Part shown: positions 1 to 10,455 of the stretch, one piece after another
Layout of the letters: each line of letters begins with the position of its first letter
Position numbering within the stretch: position 1 is the stretch's first letter
Assembly: GCF_004365815.1 (NCBI RefSeq)
Contig: NZ_SODD01000006.1
Span: 30,001-62,000 of the forward strand
Source of the DNA: Breznakia blatticola
Lineage (GTDB): Bacteria; Bacillota_I; Bacilli_A; Erysipelotrichales; Erysipelotrichaceae
DNA length: 32,000 nt
Direction of reading: 5' to 3'
Notes under the pieces: generated by a model
The model's database searches: none
Told to the model about the DNA's origin: nothing
Seen by the model: the letters and a program-made list of their open reading frames with translations, nothing else
Program-made: the position numbers and the translations under genes

Positions 1-663
1 TCGGACTGTCTCAGATTCTTCAATATCAATCGTCTTACTAACTGATTCAAATACTTTTTTATTGCTTTGAATAAATCTCACCTTTTTTTCTAAATTCTTT
101 TTTTCGTCTTTTTTTAATTTAATATCGCTTTTAAGCTTTTCAAGATCTGAATTTGGTAAGATTGCATGTCCTGCGATACTGGCAATCATCTTCAAGAAGT
201 CATCTTTATTACATCCCATTTTATTGATAATATTTGCCGGATTTCTTTTATCTTGAGGAATAATAGACATTTCATAATACACTGAAAAGTCTACAATTTT
301 CTCCTTATTTGCTTTTTTATACTTTGGCAAGGGAATAATACTTGAATTTACAAAGTACTTAAACTCACTTATTGAATCGAAAATATGTAGTTTTTCATTT
401 TCTATTAACAATATGCAATTTTTTCTTCGAACAATTTTTAGATCCTTTTCATTTATCGTGCACTCTAAGTAAGTATAGTAATTTTTTATATCTATTCCAT
501 CAGGAAACGAATCTGAAGCACCTAGAGTATAACTTATGGATTGTAAAACAACCGTTTTTCCCTTGTTATTATCAAGGCTAAATAGGATATTAACTCCGTT
601 ATTTATTCTACTTTCAACGTATGCTTCTTGTGAATTACCGATTGCCACTTTTTTAATTATCAT
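1..663 (-). CDS. Partial CDS (first 221 codons, continues past the left edge): SMC/ABC-type ATPase, LmuB-like (DUF3732-type) candidate
   Basis: The frame starting at ATG (complement of 661-663) is open to nt 1. I checked all 221 codons and found no stop. It is absent from the ORF track only because it has no stop inside the window. The N-terminus MIIKKVAIGNSQEAYVESRINNGVNILFSLDNNKGKTVVLQSISYTLGASD has a beta-strand, a Walker A (KGKT) and a Y-x-LG layout typical of SMC/Rad50/ABC ATPases and of DUF3732/LmuB proteins. From about aa 170 there is a K/E/L-rich coiled-coil-like stretch (SDLEKLKSDIKLKKDEKKNLEKKVRF). The ATG overlaps the upstream gene end by 11 nt. Confidence 0.55.
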   Translation of the reverse strand, partial: MIIKKVAIGNSQEAYVESRINNGVNILFSLDNNKGKTVVLQSISYTLGASDSFPDGIDIKNYYTYLECTINEKDLKIVRRKNCILLIENEKLHIFDSISEFKYFVNSSIIPLPKYKKANKEKIVDFSVYYEMSIIPQDKRNPANIINKMGCNKDDFLKMIASIAGHAILPNSDLEKLKSDIKLKKDEKKNLEKKVRFIQSNKKVFESVSKTIDIEESETVR

Positions 664-1702
664 AATATCCCCCTAACGTTACACTAATAATATATTTTGA
701 AGACAGCTCAGATAATTCACTAGGCAAGTTAGTGATCTTATTCATTACATTTTGGTAGACATACTCTACATCATCACGTTTTCTGACTTCCTCAACTACG
801 ACATCTAAAAAGCTAAATAATTCGACAGGATTATTTAGATTAAAAAAAGCACGACTAATTTCTGCATAGATTGATAGAATAATATCTTTTTGTTCTTCAT
901 GACCTTTTTCATTCAAATAATTATTTGAAAACCGCAAGGGCGTACCAATAATATCATTGTTAAATAAATCATAACCAATAACTCTTGAAATTATAAATGA
1001 TTCAATGTTTTTTCTTTTTATATATTTTTTATATTTCTCACACTCCGATATTGAATTTATTTTTTCATTCTCTACACATATAAGTTTTAATGTCATTCTC
1101 ATAGTTGTAATTTCACCAAACATCATTTCTAATTTCGCATCATCTAGACTCTCTAACGCTTTCACAGGCAATGAATTGATTACATGCTCACTTTTCGTTC
1201 TGGAATCTACAACTATTTCAAGATTTGAAAAAAAATCAAAATAGACCTTTTCCTCAATAGATTTATGGTAATCGTGACCGTAAGATTTATCAATTTCATT
1301 ATAAAATGATTTCATAATTAAATCTTTTTTCTTTGGTTTAAAACAGTTTATATCCAATTTGATAAAATTTTCACCAGTATCAGGCGTAATTAAGTAATTC
1401 TTAGGCAAAACCCTACAGTATAAAACATATTGTTTAAAATATATATTAGAAAGGTGGTTGCTAAATAATGTAATTAATGATTCTCCAATTTTTGATGCAT
1501 TAAAGGAAGTGTAGTTTTTGGCTTGTGCATCGATTATATATTCAAATGCTAATGTGGAAGCTGATATATCATTAAACATGTCAACTAGAAAAATATCATC
1601 TACACTCTTGTTTTTTAGAGTATTCATTAAATAAAGCATAGCCTTCGTTTCATACTCTTCACCTTTAGGCATATTTTGTTCTGTTCTCTTGAATGTATAC
1701 AA
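653..1702 (-). CDS. Hypothetical protein with N-terminal Cap4/DUF4297-like restriction-endonuclease-fold motif; LmuA-like effector candidate
   Basis: 349-aa ORF. The TTG start at 1700-1702 is supported by GAGGTGA 6 nt upstream; the internal ATG at codon 11 has no SD. The N-terminal GEEYETKAMLYLMNTL ... VDMFNDIS ... IIDAQAKNY resembles the G-x-x-Y-(Q/E) helix plus acidic motif plus Q-x-K core of Cap4/DUF4297 nucleases. I recognise no motif in the remaining ~250 aa. It is coupled to the downstream ATPase. Confidence 0.4.
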   Translation of the reverse strand: MYTFKRTEQNMPKGEEYETKAMLYLMNTLKNKSVDDIFLVDMFNDISASTLAFEYIIDAQAKNYTSFNASKIGESLITLFSNHLSNIYFKQYVLYCRVLPKNYLITPDTGENFIKLDINCFKPKKKDLIMKSFYNEIDKSYGHDYHKSIEEKVYFDFFSNLEIVVDSRTKSEHVINSLPVKALESLDDAKLEMMFGEITTMRMTLKLICVENEKINSISECEKYKKYIKRKNIESFIISRVIGYDLFNNDIIGTPLRFSNNYLNEKGHEEQKDIILSIYAEISRAFFNLNNPVELFSFLDVVVEEVRKRDDVEYVYQNVMNKITNLPSELSELSSKYIISVTLGGYYDN

Positions 1703-1747
1703 ACATTCTCACCTCGTTCCTTAATTATGTAAATCGGCTCACAAATA

Positions 1748-1777
1748 ATTATACACTATTTATTTATATATTTGTAA
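1748..1777 (-). promoter_or_regulatory. Candidate sigma-A promoter of the two-gene module (TTACAA-N18-TATAAT on the minus strand)
   Basis: ATTATA at 1748-1753 is a perfect TATAAT on the minus strand. TTGTAA at 1772-1777 reads TTACAA. The site lies between the GH1-operon terminator and the TTG start. Confidence 0.35.
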
Positions 1778-1820
1778 TCTATTTTTTTGTAGAAAATATC
1801 CATAAAATCGAATACGCATA

Positions 1821-1858
1821 TAAAAACAACGCCACTTTCTCAAGTTAGCGTTGTTTTA
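1821..1858 (-). terminator. Rho-independent terminator of the cel/GH1 operon
   Basis: AAAACAACGC (1823-1832) pairs with GCGTTGTTTT (1848-1857) around a 15-nt loop. The minus-strand RNA has a U-run after the stem. It sits 14 nt downstream of the GH1 stop. Confidence 0.75.
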
Positions 1859-1871
1859 TTATGTTTCATGT

Positions 1872-4780
<2,909 letters not shown>

Positions 4781-4785
4781 CTAAA

Positions 4786-5130
4786 TTATTTGTTTTCTAA
4801 TGCTGAAATTCTTGTTTCATAACTTTCGAAAATCTTGATTAGTTGCTTCGTGATATTAATCTCACTATAAATTGTCATTAATGTATCTTGCGCGTGAGCA
4901 AAGAGTAGAGAATATTCAGACTTTTCACCTCTTGTTTCACCTTGAATTGCATCCGTTTGGACTTTATGTGCTTCAGTGATCTTTGCCTGCGCTTCTTTCA
5001 TTAATTCTTTCGCTTTGTCAAAATCAAAATTCGAAATTTCAATTAGTGCATCTTTACACTTTACCCTTGCATCACCTGCTGCAAGAATAATTGACATCGC
5101 GGTTTGTACTGCTTGTTCGTTGTCTGACAT
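4786..5130 (-). CDS. PTS lactose/cellobiose-family EIIA
   Basis: 114 aa, three-helix-type sequence with the EAHKVQTD phosphorylatable His motif. SD GGAGAG. Confidence 0.9.
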   Translation of the reverse strand: MSDNEQAVQTAMSIILAAGDARVKCKDALIEISNFDFDKAKELMKEAQAKITEAHKVQTDAIQGETRGEKSEYSLLFAHAQDTLMTIYSEINITKQLIKIFESYETRISALENK

Positions 5131-5141
5131 ACTTCTCTCCT

Positions 5142-6380
5142 TTACGCTTTTTCGCTTATTTCTTTTGTTTCAATATCTAGTTCTTGTTTTTCATATGCTT
5201 TGAAGAATGGATACCAGATTAGTGATGCAATTACAAACACTATTACCATCAATAATATTCCTTGAATAGAACCAGTTGTTAACCAAGTTGAAATTGGGAA
5301 TGGACAGTACCACATTTGGAACGTAATTGTTGGAATTGGTGCAAATGCAATTACTTTTGTAAATAACCACACAACTAATGGTAAAATGATACCTTGTAGC
5401 CACATTGGAATCATTAAAATAGGGTTCCAAGCAATTGCACCAAACACAATAGGTTCATTAATATTAAATATTGTTGGTGCAATAGATGCAGTTCCTAAAG
5501 CTTTTAATTTCTTCGATTTTGATCGTATAAGCATAAATACTAGAGGCATTGTACATCCAATACCACCAATCCATAAATATGCTGAATAAATTGTTGGATC
5601 TGTAACTAAATTTAAAGCTGTTCCATCAATATTTGCTTGAATTGCAGTAAGTAATACAGGGTTGATAATTGGTGTAAGTACCCATGTAGAAATACCAAGT
5701 GAGTATAAGAAACACACAACAAACATCATTAATGAGAATCCCCAAGGCGTTTCAATAACGTTTTGTAATGGCATGAATATTGATAGTACAAAGTTATACA
5801 CGTCAAATCCAACAATATCAACCAATACCCAACCTACAACAATGATAATTCCAATTGGTAACATTGCATCAAACCACGATCTAACGAAATCAGGAATTAC
5901 AGAATCTTCTTTGAAGAAAGAGAATTTCCCGAATAATGACATTACCCAACCAGCGAATAATCCAGCAACAATTGCGACGAACATACCACCAGCTCCTAAT
6001 GCACTGTGTCCAAATCCTGGAGCACCATCTGCAATTACTTGTGGTGAAATAATAATTAAGAATAAGATAACTCCTGCCATCGCAGCATTGAATCTTTGTT
6101 TACGTAATCTTTTCTTTTCCATTAAGTTTAATGGAATCAAGAAAGCGATGATTAATGAAATCATTCCCATTGTCCATCCAAATGGAGTCCAGAAGCTAGG
6201 CAAGAACGCAAATGCTTCATATTCATTTAAAATCGCTAACATACAGAATATTGACCCTAAGAAGATCAATGGTAATGCTTGCATGATTGAATCCTTTAAA
6301 GTTACAATCCAAACATTATTATTAATTTTTGTCATCTTTGGAGAAAAACTATTCTCCAACCAATAGATTAATTTATTCAT
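5142..6380 (-). CDS. PTS lactose/cellobiose-family EIIC permease
   Basis: 412 aa, polytopic membrane protein with the typical CelB/LicC-like N-terminus (WLENSFSPKMTKI...). SD GAGGGA. Confidence 0.9.
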   Translation of the reverse strand: MNKLIYWLENSFSPKMTKINNNVWIVTLKDSIMQALPLIFLGSIFCMLAILNEYEAFAFLPSFWTPFGWTMGMISLIIAFLIPLNLMEKKRLRKQRFNAAMAGVILFLIIISPQVIADGAPGFGHSALGAGGMFVAIVAGLFAGWVMSLFGKFSFFKEDSVIPDFVRSWFDAMLPIGIIIVVGWVLVDIVGFDVYNFVLSIFMPLQNVIETPWGFSLMMFVVCFLYSLGISTWVLTPIINPVLLTAIQANIDGTALNLVTDPTIYSAYLWIGGIGCTMPLVFMLIRSKSKKLKALGTASIAPTIFNINEPIVFGAIAWNPILMIPMWLQGIILPLVVWLFTKVIAFAPIPTITFQMWYCPFPISTWLTTGSIQGILLMVIVFVIASLIWYPFFKAYEKQELDIETKEISEKA

Positions 6381-6410
6381 ATTTTCCCTCTATTTTTCTA
6401 ATCTTTTTAT

Positions 6411-6722
6411 TTAATTCATTTCTTCTAATAAGTGATCTAATGCTTTTTCACCATTTAATGTTGAATAGTAATCTGCTTTCATTAAAATTACTTTAACTGG
6501 AGCATCTCCAACATACTCATCAACTTCATCCATGATGTACTCTAAGTGTGGTCCAACCATAAGTGCATCGATTTCATCTACATAGTTTTCAATTTCACTT
6601 TCACCTCTTGCAGTGATCGAGATTTCTAAACCTTTTGCAGATGCAGCTTTACGGATATTTGCAGCCATAAATCCACTACTTGCTCCTGATCCACATACGA
6701 GTAATACATTCAGTTTTTTCAT
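6411..6722 (-). CDS. PTS lactose/cellobiose-family EIIB
   Basis: 103 aa with the active-site Cys motif LLVCGSGASSG. SD AGGAGG (CCTCCT at 6730-6735). Confidence 0.9.
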   Translation of the reverse strand: MKKLNVLLVCGSGASSGFMAANIRKAASAKGLEISITARGESEIENYVDEIDALMVGPHLEYIMDEVDEYVGDAPVKVILMKADYYSTLNGEKALDHLLEEMN

Positions 6723-6736
6723 TACATTTCCTCCTA

Positions 6737-6748
6737 TAAACCGGTTTA
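6737..6748. promoter_or_regulatory. Perfect 12-bp palindrome TAAACCGGTTTA in the 5' leader of the cel operon (possible operator)
   Basis: The sequence is self-complementary and sits between the predicted -10 (6758-6763) and the SD (6730-6735). Confidence 0.3.
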
Positions 6749-6757
6749 ACTACTTGT

Positions 6758-6786
6758 ATTATGAAATATAATCAAAAATGTCTCAA
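6758..6786 (-). promoter_or_regulatory. Candidate sigma-A promoter of the cel PTS/GH1 operon (TTGAGA-N17-CATAAT)
   Basis: TCTCAA at 6781-6786 and ATTATG at 6758-6763 on the plus strand read as -35 and -10 on the minus strand with a 17-nt spacer. Confidence 0.45.
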
Positions 6787-6794
6787 CTTAAGTT

Positions 6795-6813
6795 TTGCAC
6801 CCTAATCGTGCAA
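6795..6813. promoter_or_regulatory. Inverted repeat TTGCAC-N7-GTGCAA just upstream of the cel -35; candidate LicR-type activator site
   Basis: Perfect 6-bp arms located 8 nt upstream of the predicted -35, in the divergent region shared with the PRD regulator gene. Confidence 0.4.
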
Positions 6814-6883
6814 ACAATTGCTTTCACTTTTATGGTGCATTATTATGTTTTGCTTTTTACTTGATTTACTATATTATATAAAT

Positions 6884-8800
6884 ATGGAAAAGATGAATAG
6901 TATTGAAACACAGTTAGTCAAAGCATTACTTGATGGCAGTGGATGGACCAAAGCGAGCGCATTAGCACAAACACTTAATGTGTCTTCACGTAGTATTAAA
7001 AACTATGTAGCACAATTTAATGCAACCCACAACAATGTTATTGAATCATCAAGAAATGGCTACTGTATCTCACCAGAGATTGCAACAGAATTACTTGCCA
7101 ATGCTTCAAGTGAAAAAGAAGTAGAGTTAGATCGTGTTGCATACATTATCAATGAATTGGTTAAAGAAGCTTCAGTTGATGCTTTTTCTTTGTGTGAAGA
7201 TTTATTTATCAGTATGTCTACATTAAAAAATGAACTAAAGAAAGTAAAACGAAAAGTCCAAAAATTCGATTTAACTTTAGAAAATAAAAACGATTATTTG
7301 TCCTTACAAGGAATTGAAAAAAATAAACGTAAACTTGTAAGTAGTATTTTATATGAGGAATCTAGTGTCAACTTTGTGAATCTAAAATCATTACAAGATG
7401 GATTTCCATCAATTGATATTGATTTTATTAAGGCAACAGTTGTGCAAACATTTGAAACATACAAGTATTTTATCAATGATTATTCTTTGACAAATCTAGT
7501 GTTACATATCACGATTGCCATTGACCGTATTCAAAGTGATTATACAAGTACACTTGAAGATTCTACGAATATCAAACATCCGCATGAGCACCGACTTGCA
7601 CAAATCATCGCATCGCGTTTGGAAGAAGAATTTCACATCACCTACAATGATAGTGAAATCTATGAATTATCTTTACTTATCGCAGCACATGCAAATGCGA
7701 TTGATTTAGATAACATCAATCATTCAAACTTAGAAGATTTAATCGAAAAAGATACATTGGATTTAGTAAACAACTTAGTGGATGGAGTAAATGCTTTCTA
7801 CTATATCAATCTAAAAGAACCTGAGTTTTTAACAAGGTTTGCACTGCATATTCGAAATCTACTTGTTCGTGCTAAATTTAACTACTCAAGTAAAAATCCA
7901 TTAGCTGCAGGAATTCAGTACACATGTCCACTGATCTATGATGCTGCAATTTATATGGCTAGCGGAATAGAAGAAGCAACAAACATTAAAATCAACGAAG
8001 ATGAAATTGCCTACATTGCATTCCATCTCGGTAGTGCCTTAGAAACACAAAAAGCAATACAAAACAAAATCAATGCGCTTTTGTATTGTCCAAACTATTA
8101 TGATATGAACTCAAAGCTTGTGGATTCTATTCATATAGAATTCTCAAATTACATCTTAATTAAAAACGTAGTAACAAGTGAAGCAGAGATCGAAAACTAC
8201 GATATGTATGATTTAGTTATTTCTACAATTCCAATCAGTGGAATTATTCCAATTCCAACATTGATAGTCAGCTTTATGTTTAACGAAAAAGATCGTTATG
8301 CCATACGCACAAAAGTAAATGAAATACTTATCGCTAAAAAGCAGTCCATCTTACGCACGCACTTAAAAACAATTATTCTAGATGAAATGTTTGAAACCAA
8401 TAAGTCGCTAAAAACAAGTGATGAAGTCATTCATTATCTTTGTGATAAAGCATATAAACTAGATTATGTAGATGAAACATTCGAAGAACAAATTCAAGCA
8501 CGCGAACAAATGTCATCTACAGCATTTAATTCCTTTGCGATTCCTCATGCAATGCGCATGACGGCAAAGAAAACTGGGATTAACATTCTCATATCCCCTA
8601 CTGGTATTACTTGGGGAGATAAAGTTGTAAATCTTGTAATGATGTTATCATTTAACATCAATGAGCGATTTATTTTCAATGAGATATTTGATACAATCAC
8701 TATGATTTTAAGTGAACCAGAAAACGTAAAACAAATTATTCAAGCTAAAGATGCAGACCAATTCATTGAATTGCTTGTATCGTATGTAAATGAACCATAA
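6884..8800 (+). CDS. PRD-domain transcriptional activator, LicR/MtlR type (HTH, PRD1, PRD2, EIIB-like, EIIA-like)
   Basis: N-terminal wHTH (TKASALAQTLNVSSRSIKNYV). Four PRD histidine contexts (NLVLHITIAIDRI, LLIAAHAN, RFALHIRNLLVRA, IAFHLGSAL). EIIB-like Cys (LLYCPNYY) and EIIA(Mtl/Ntr)-like AIPHAM. The track start TTG 6818 adds 22 hydrophobic junk residues over promoter-like sequence, so I use ATG 6884; ATG 6893 is also possible. Confidence 0.85.
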   Translation: MEKMNSIETQLVKALLDGSGWTKASALAQTLNVSSRSIKNYVAQFNATHNNVIESSRNGYCISPEIATELLANASSEKEVELDRVAYIINELVKEASVDAFSLCEDLFISMSTLKNELKKVKRKVQKFDLTLENKNDYLSLQGIEKNKRKLVSSILYEESSVNFVNLKSLQDGFPSIDIDFIKATVVQTFETYKYFINDYSLTNLVLHITIAIDRIQSDYTSTLEDSTNIKHPHEHRLAQIIASRLEEEFHITYNDSEIYELSLLIAAHANAIDLDNINHSNLEDLIEKDTLDLVNNLVDGVNAFYYINLKEPEFLTRFALHIRNLLVRAKFNYSSKNPLAAGIQYTCPLIYDAAIYMASGIEEATNIKINEDEIAYIAFHLGSALETQKAIQNKINALLYCPNYYDMNSKLVDSIHIEFSNYILIKNVVTSEAEIENYDMYDLVISTIPISGIIPIPTLIVSFMFNEKDRYAIRTKVNEILIAKKQSILRTHLKTIILDEMFETNKSLKTSDEVIHYLCDKAYKLDYVDETFEEQIQAREQMSSTAFNSFAIPHAMRMTAKKTGINILISPTGITWGDKVVNLVMMLSFNINERFIFNEIFDTITMILSEPENVKQIIQAKDADQFIELLVSYVNEP

Positions 8801-8802
8801 GC

Positions 8803-8841
8803 AAAAGCATAGAATCCAATCTTGGACTCTATGCTTTTTTT
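8803..8841. terminator. Bidirectional rho-independent terminator between the convergent regulator genes
   Basis: GCATAGA(a)TCCA-atct-TGGA(c)TCTATGC hairpin at 8807-8834, flanked by AAAA upstream and a T7 run downstream. Confidence 0.8.
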
Positions 8842-8857
8842 ACTAATATCTATATTT

Positions 8858-9349
8858 TTACTTTTGATTCATACGATTTTCTTCTTGTTTCACACCATCA
8901 TATAGTTTTGTAATCAAAAGATAGAACGTGTGAATCTCTTCATCAGAATATACAGAGAAGATACGCTCTAAGATTATACTATGTTCATCATATACTTTGC
9001 CAAAATAGCTGCTTGCTACATCTGTCAGATGAATTGAGACCATATTACCTTTACCCGGTTTTACTTCAACAAATCCATTCTTTTCAAGAAGTGTAACTAA
9101 CTTTTTAATATTTTGTCTAGAACTTCCAAGTAATTCACCAAGCTGTGTATACGATGGTGCATGTTTCGCATGGCGAATCATTGCCAATACCATAAACTGT
9201 TTCAATGTAATTTGTGTATCACTTTTATCGAATATCGTTTGTAAACGATTTTGTAGAATCGAAATACTTGAAAACACACCACGTATTTCTTTTACTCGAT
9301 CTCCTTCATATTCATTAATTAATGTTTGTATATCCACTGTATCCACCAT
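8858..9349 (-). CDS. MarR-family transcriptional regulator
   Basis: 163 aa with a winged-helix core (TLKQFMVLAMI ... YTQLGELLGSSRQNIKKLVTLLEKNGFVEVKP) typical of MarR. Confidence 0.85.
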   Translation of the reverse strand: MVDTVDIQTLINEYEGDRVKEIRGVFSSISILQNRLQTIFDKSDTQITLKQFMVLAMIRHAKHAPSYTQLGELLGSSRQNIKKLVTLLEKNGFVEVKPGKGNMVSIHLTDVASSYFGKVYDEHSIILERIFSVYSDEEIHTFYLLITKLYDGVKQEENRMNQK

Positions 9350-9360
9350 TCCCTTCTTCT

Positions 9361-9408
9361 TTACATTATAGTAACCAGTTGCTATAATGTAAACGGTAAC
9401 TGGTTACC
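9361..9408. promoter_or_regulatory. Overlapping divergent promoters plus two GTAAC-NN-GTTAC-type pseudo-palindromes (probable MarR operators)
   Basis: The 9-bp inverted repeat ACATTATAG (9363-9371) / CTATAATGT (9382-9390) supplies a TATAAT on each strand. Plus strand: TTACAT (9361-9366), N16, TATAAT (9383-9388). Minus strand: TTTACA (9388-9393), N17, TATAAT (9365-9370). GTAACCAGTTGC lies between the two boxes and GGTAACTGGTTACC (9395-9408) lies downstream. Confidence 0.6.
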
Positions 9409-9422
9409 ATAGGAGGTTCGAA

Positions 9423-10292
9423 TTGAATAAAACATTAAAATATTTAGTATTCGCTATAGTTGTTCTTACAATACTCGCTACAGGTATTGGGCTTTTATCA
9501 AATACAGTGTACGAACAAACAAACATGACATCAGTCAATGGTGCAACGATTTCATTATATGGAAAAGGAATTTATCACAACGATTCGATAAGCATTGCAG
9601 CACAAGCAAAAGGTCAAGATTTAACTACATTGCTTATAGCGATTCCATCATTAATCGCAGCAACATATTATACATACAAAAAATCAATTGCTGCTAAACT
9701 TGTTTTAGCTGGAGTGCTTGCATATTTTCTTTACTCATACATATCGTATGTATTTCTAGCACAATATAATCCTTTATTTATCGTTTATATTGCTCTTATG
9801 GGATTATCTTTTTTTGCTTTCACAATATGTATTACTTCTCTTGATAGCAACAAAATAAAACAAATAATGCCTTCATCATTTCCTAGGAAGAAACTTGCAG
9901 TATTTCTTATTTTCTTTTCAATCATGATGATGTTTCGTTCTCTATCAATTATTATTCCAACGATCACCAGTAATATCATCCCTGTTGAATTAGAACACTA
10001 CACATCTTTAGTTATCCAAGCCATGGATCTATCCATTTTACTGCCTTCTGCATTACTTGGTGGAATATTACTATATAAAGATAAACCACTAGGTTATGTA
10101 ATATCTATTGTGATCATCATTAAGTTTACACCATTAGGTGTAGCTATTTTAGCTATGTTGGCTTTTATGGCAAATGCAGGTGCAGTCGTAAAACTTAGTG
10201 AAGTCATTTTGTTCTCAATCATTGGAATTACGCTTATATTTGTCTTATTGGTAGTTCTTAAAAACTTAAAAAACTTACATAAAAGAATTTGA
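9423..10292 (+). CDS. Polytopic membrane protein of unknown function (MarR-associated)
   Basis: 289 aa with about 7-8 hydrophobic segments. TTG start with AGGAGG (9411-9416) 6 nt upstream. I recognise no family motif. Confidence 0.7.
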   Translation: MNKTLKYLVFAIVVLTILATGIGLLSNTVYEQTNMTSVNGATISLYGKGIYHNDSISIAAQAKGQDLTTLLIAIPSLIAATYYTYKKSIAAKLVLAGVLAYFLYSYISYVFLAQYNPLFIVYIALMGLSFFAFTICITSLDSNKIKQIMPSSFPRKKLAVFLIFFSIMMMFRSLSIIIPTITSNIIPVELEHYTSLVIQAMDLSILLPSALLGGILLYKDKPLGYVISIVIIIKFTPLGVAILAMLAFMANAGAVVKLSEVILFSIIGITLIFVLLVVLKNLKNLHKRI

Positions 10293-10352
10293 TATTTTCG
10301 TGAAGATGTTTGGGATAGATTTGTAACATTGAGACAATTTCTTTTCCATAAA

Positions 10353-10414
10353 TTTTTGAATTATACATAAAAAAACTATCATTTTCCCAATGTTTTTGAA
10401 CTATACTTCAAAAA
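10353..10414 (+). promoter_or_regulatory. Two copies, 40 bp apart, of a 22-bp palindromic site (TTTTTGAA-N6-TTCAAAAA type); candidate operators
   Basis: Site 2 (10393-10414), TTTTTGAA-CTATAC-TTCAAAAA, has perfect 8-bp arms and overlaps the -35 position. Site 1 (10353-10374), TTTTTGAA-TTATAC-ATAAAAAA, is degenerate in the right arm. The flanks are also similar (TTTTCC... upstream of both). Confidence 0.45.
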
Positions 10415-10425
10415 CTTATGAGATG

Positions 10426-10434
10426 TGTTATACT
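10426..10434 (+). promoter_or_regulatory. Extended -10 (TGtTATACT) for the ATPase gene
   Basis: TG at 10426-10427 and TATACT at 10429-10434. SD GAGAGGTGA at 10441-10449 and ATG at 10456. Confidence 0.45.
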
Positions 10435-10455
10435 ATCAATGAGAGGTGATTTCCA

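Noticed and set aside
372-581. 69-aa plus-strand ORF from the track
   Set aside because: It lies entirely antisense within the long open minus-strand frame (1-663), which has a Walker A motif and translational coupling. The plus-strand peptide is low-complexity, with no SD.
5662-6366. 234-aa plus-strand ORF antisense to the PTS EIIC gene
   Set aside because: This is a shadow ORF inside a confidently identified permease gene. It has an odd Asn/Ile/Pro/Thr-rich composition typical of antisense frames in AT-rich DNA. Other antisense track ORFs are rejected on the same grounds (1005-1244, 3931-4164, 4471-4800, 11941-12726, 18790-19434, 20753-20980, 24069-24703, 27664-27999, 28203-28517).
6737-6748. 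cre (CcpA) site interpretation of TAAACCGGTTTA
   Set aside because: It lacks the conserved TG ... CA ends of the cre consensus (TGWAANCGNTNWCA). Only the central CG and a few A/T positions match.
6795-6813. Sigma-54 (-24/-12) promoter reading of TTGCACGATTAGGGTGCAA; also GGGCTTTCTTGC near 30765-30780
   Set aside because: The GG-to-GC spacing is 2 nt too long at the cel locus and 3 nt too short at the man locus. The -24 element also lacks GG in the cel case. No sigma-54 activator (AAA+ EBP) gene is present.
6818-6883. TTG-initiated 22-aa N-terminal extension of the PRD regulator
   Set aside because: The extension (MLSLLWCIIMFCFLLDLLYYIN) is hydrophobic junk preceding a normal wHTH N-terminus, and it overlaps promoter-like -35/-10 elements.
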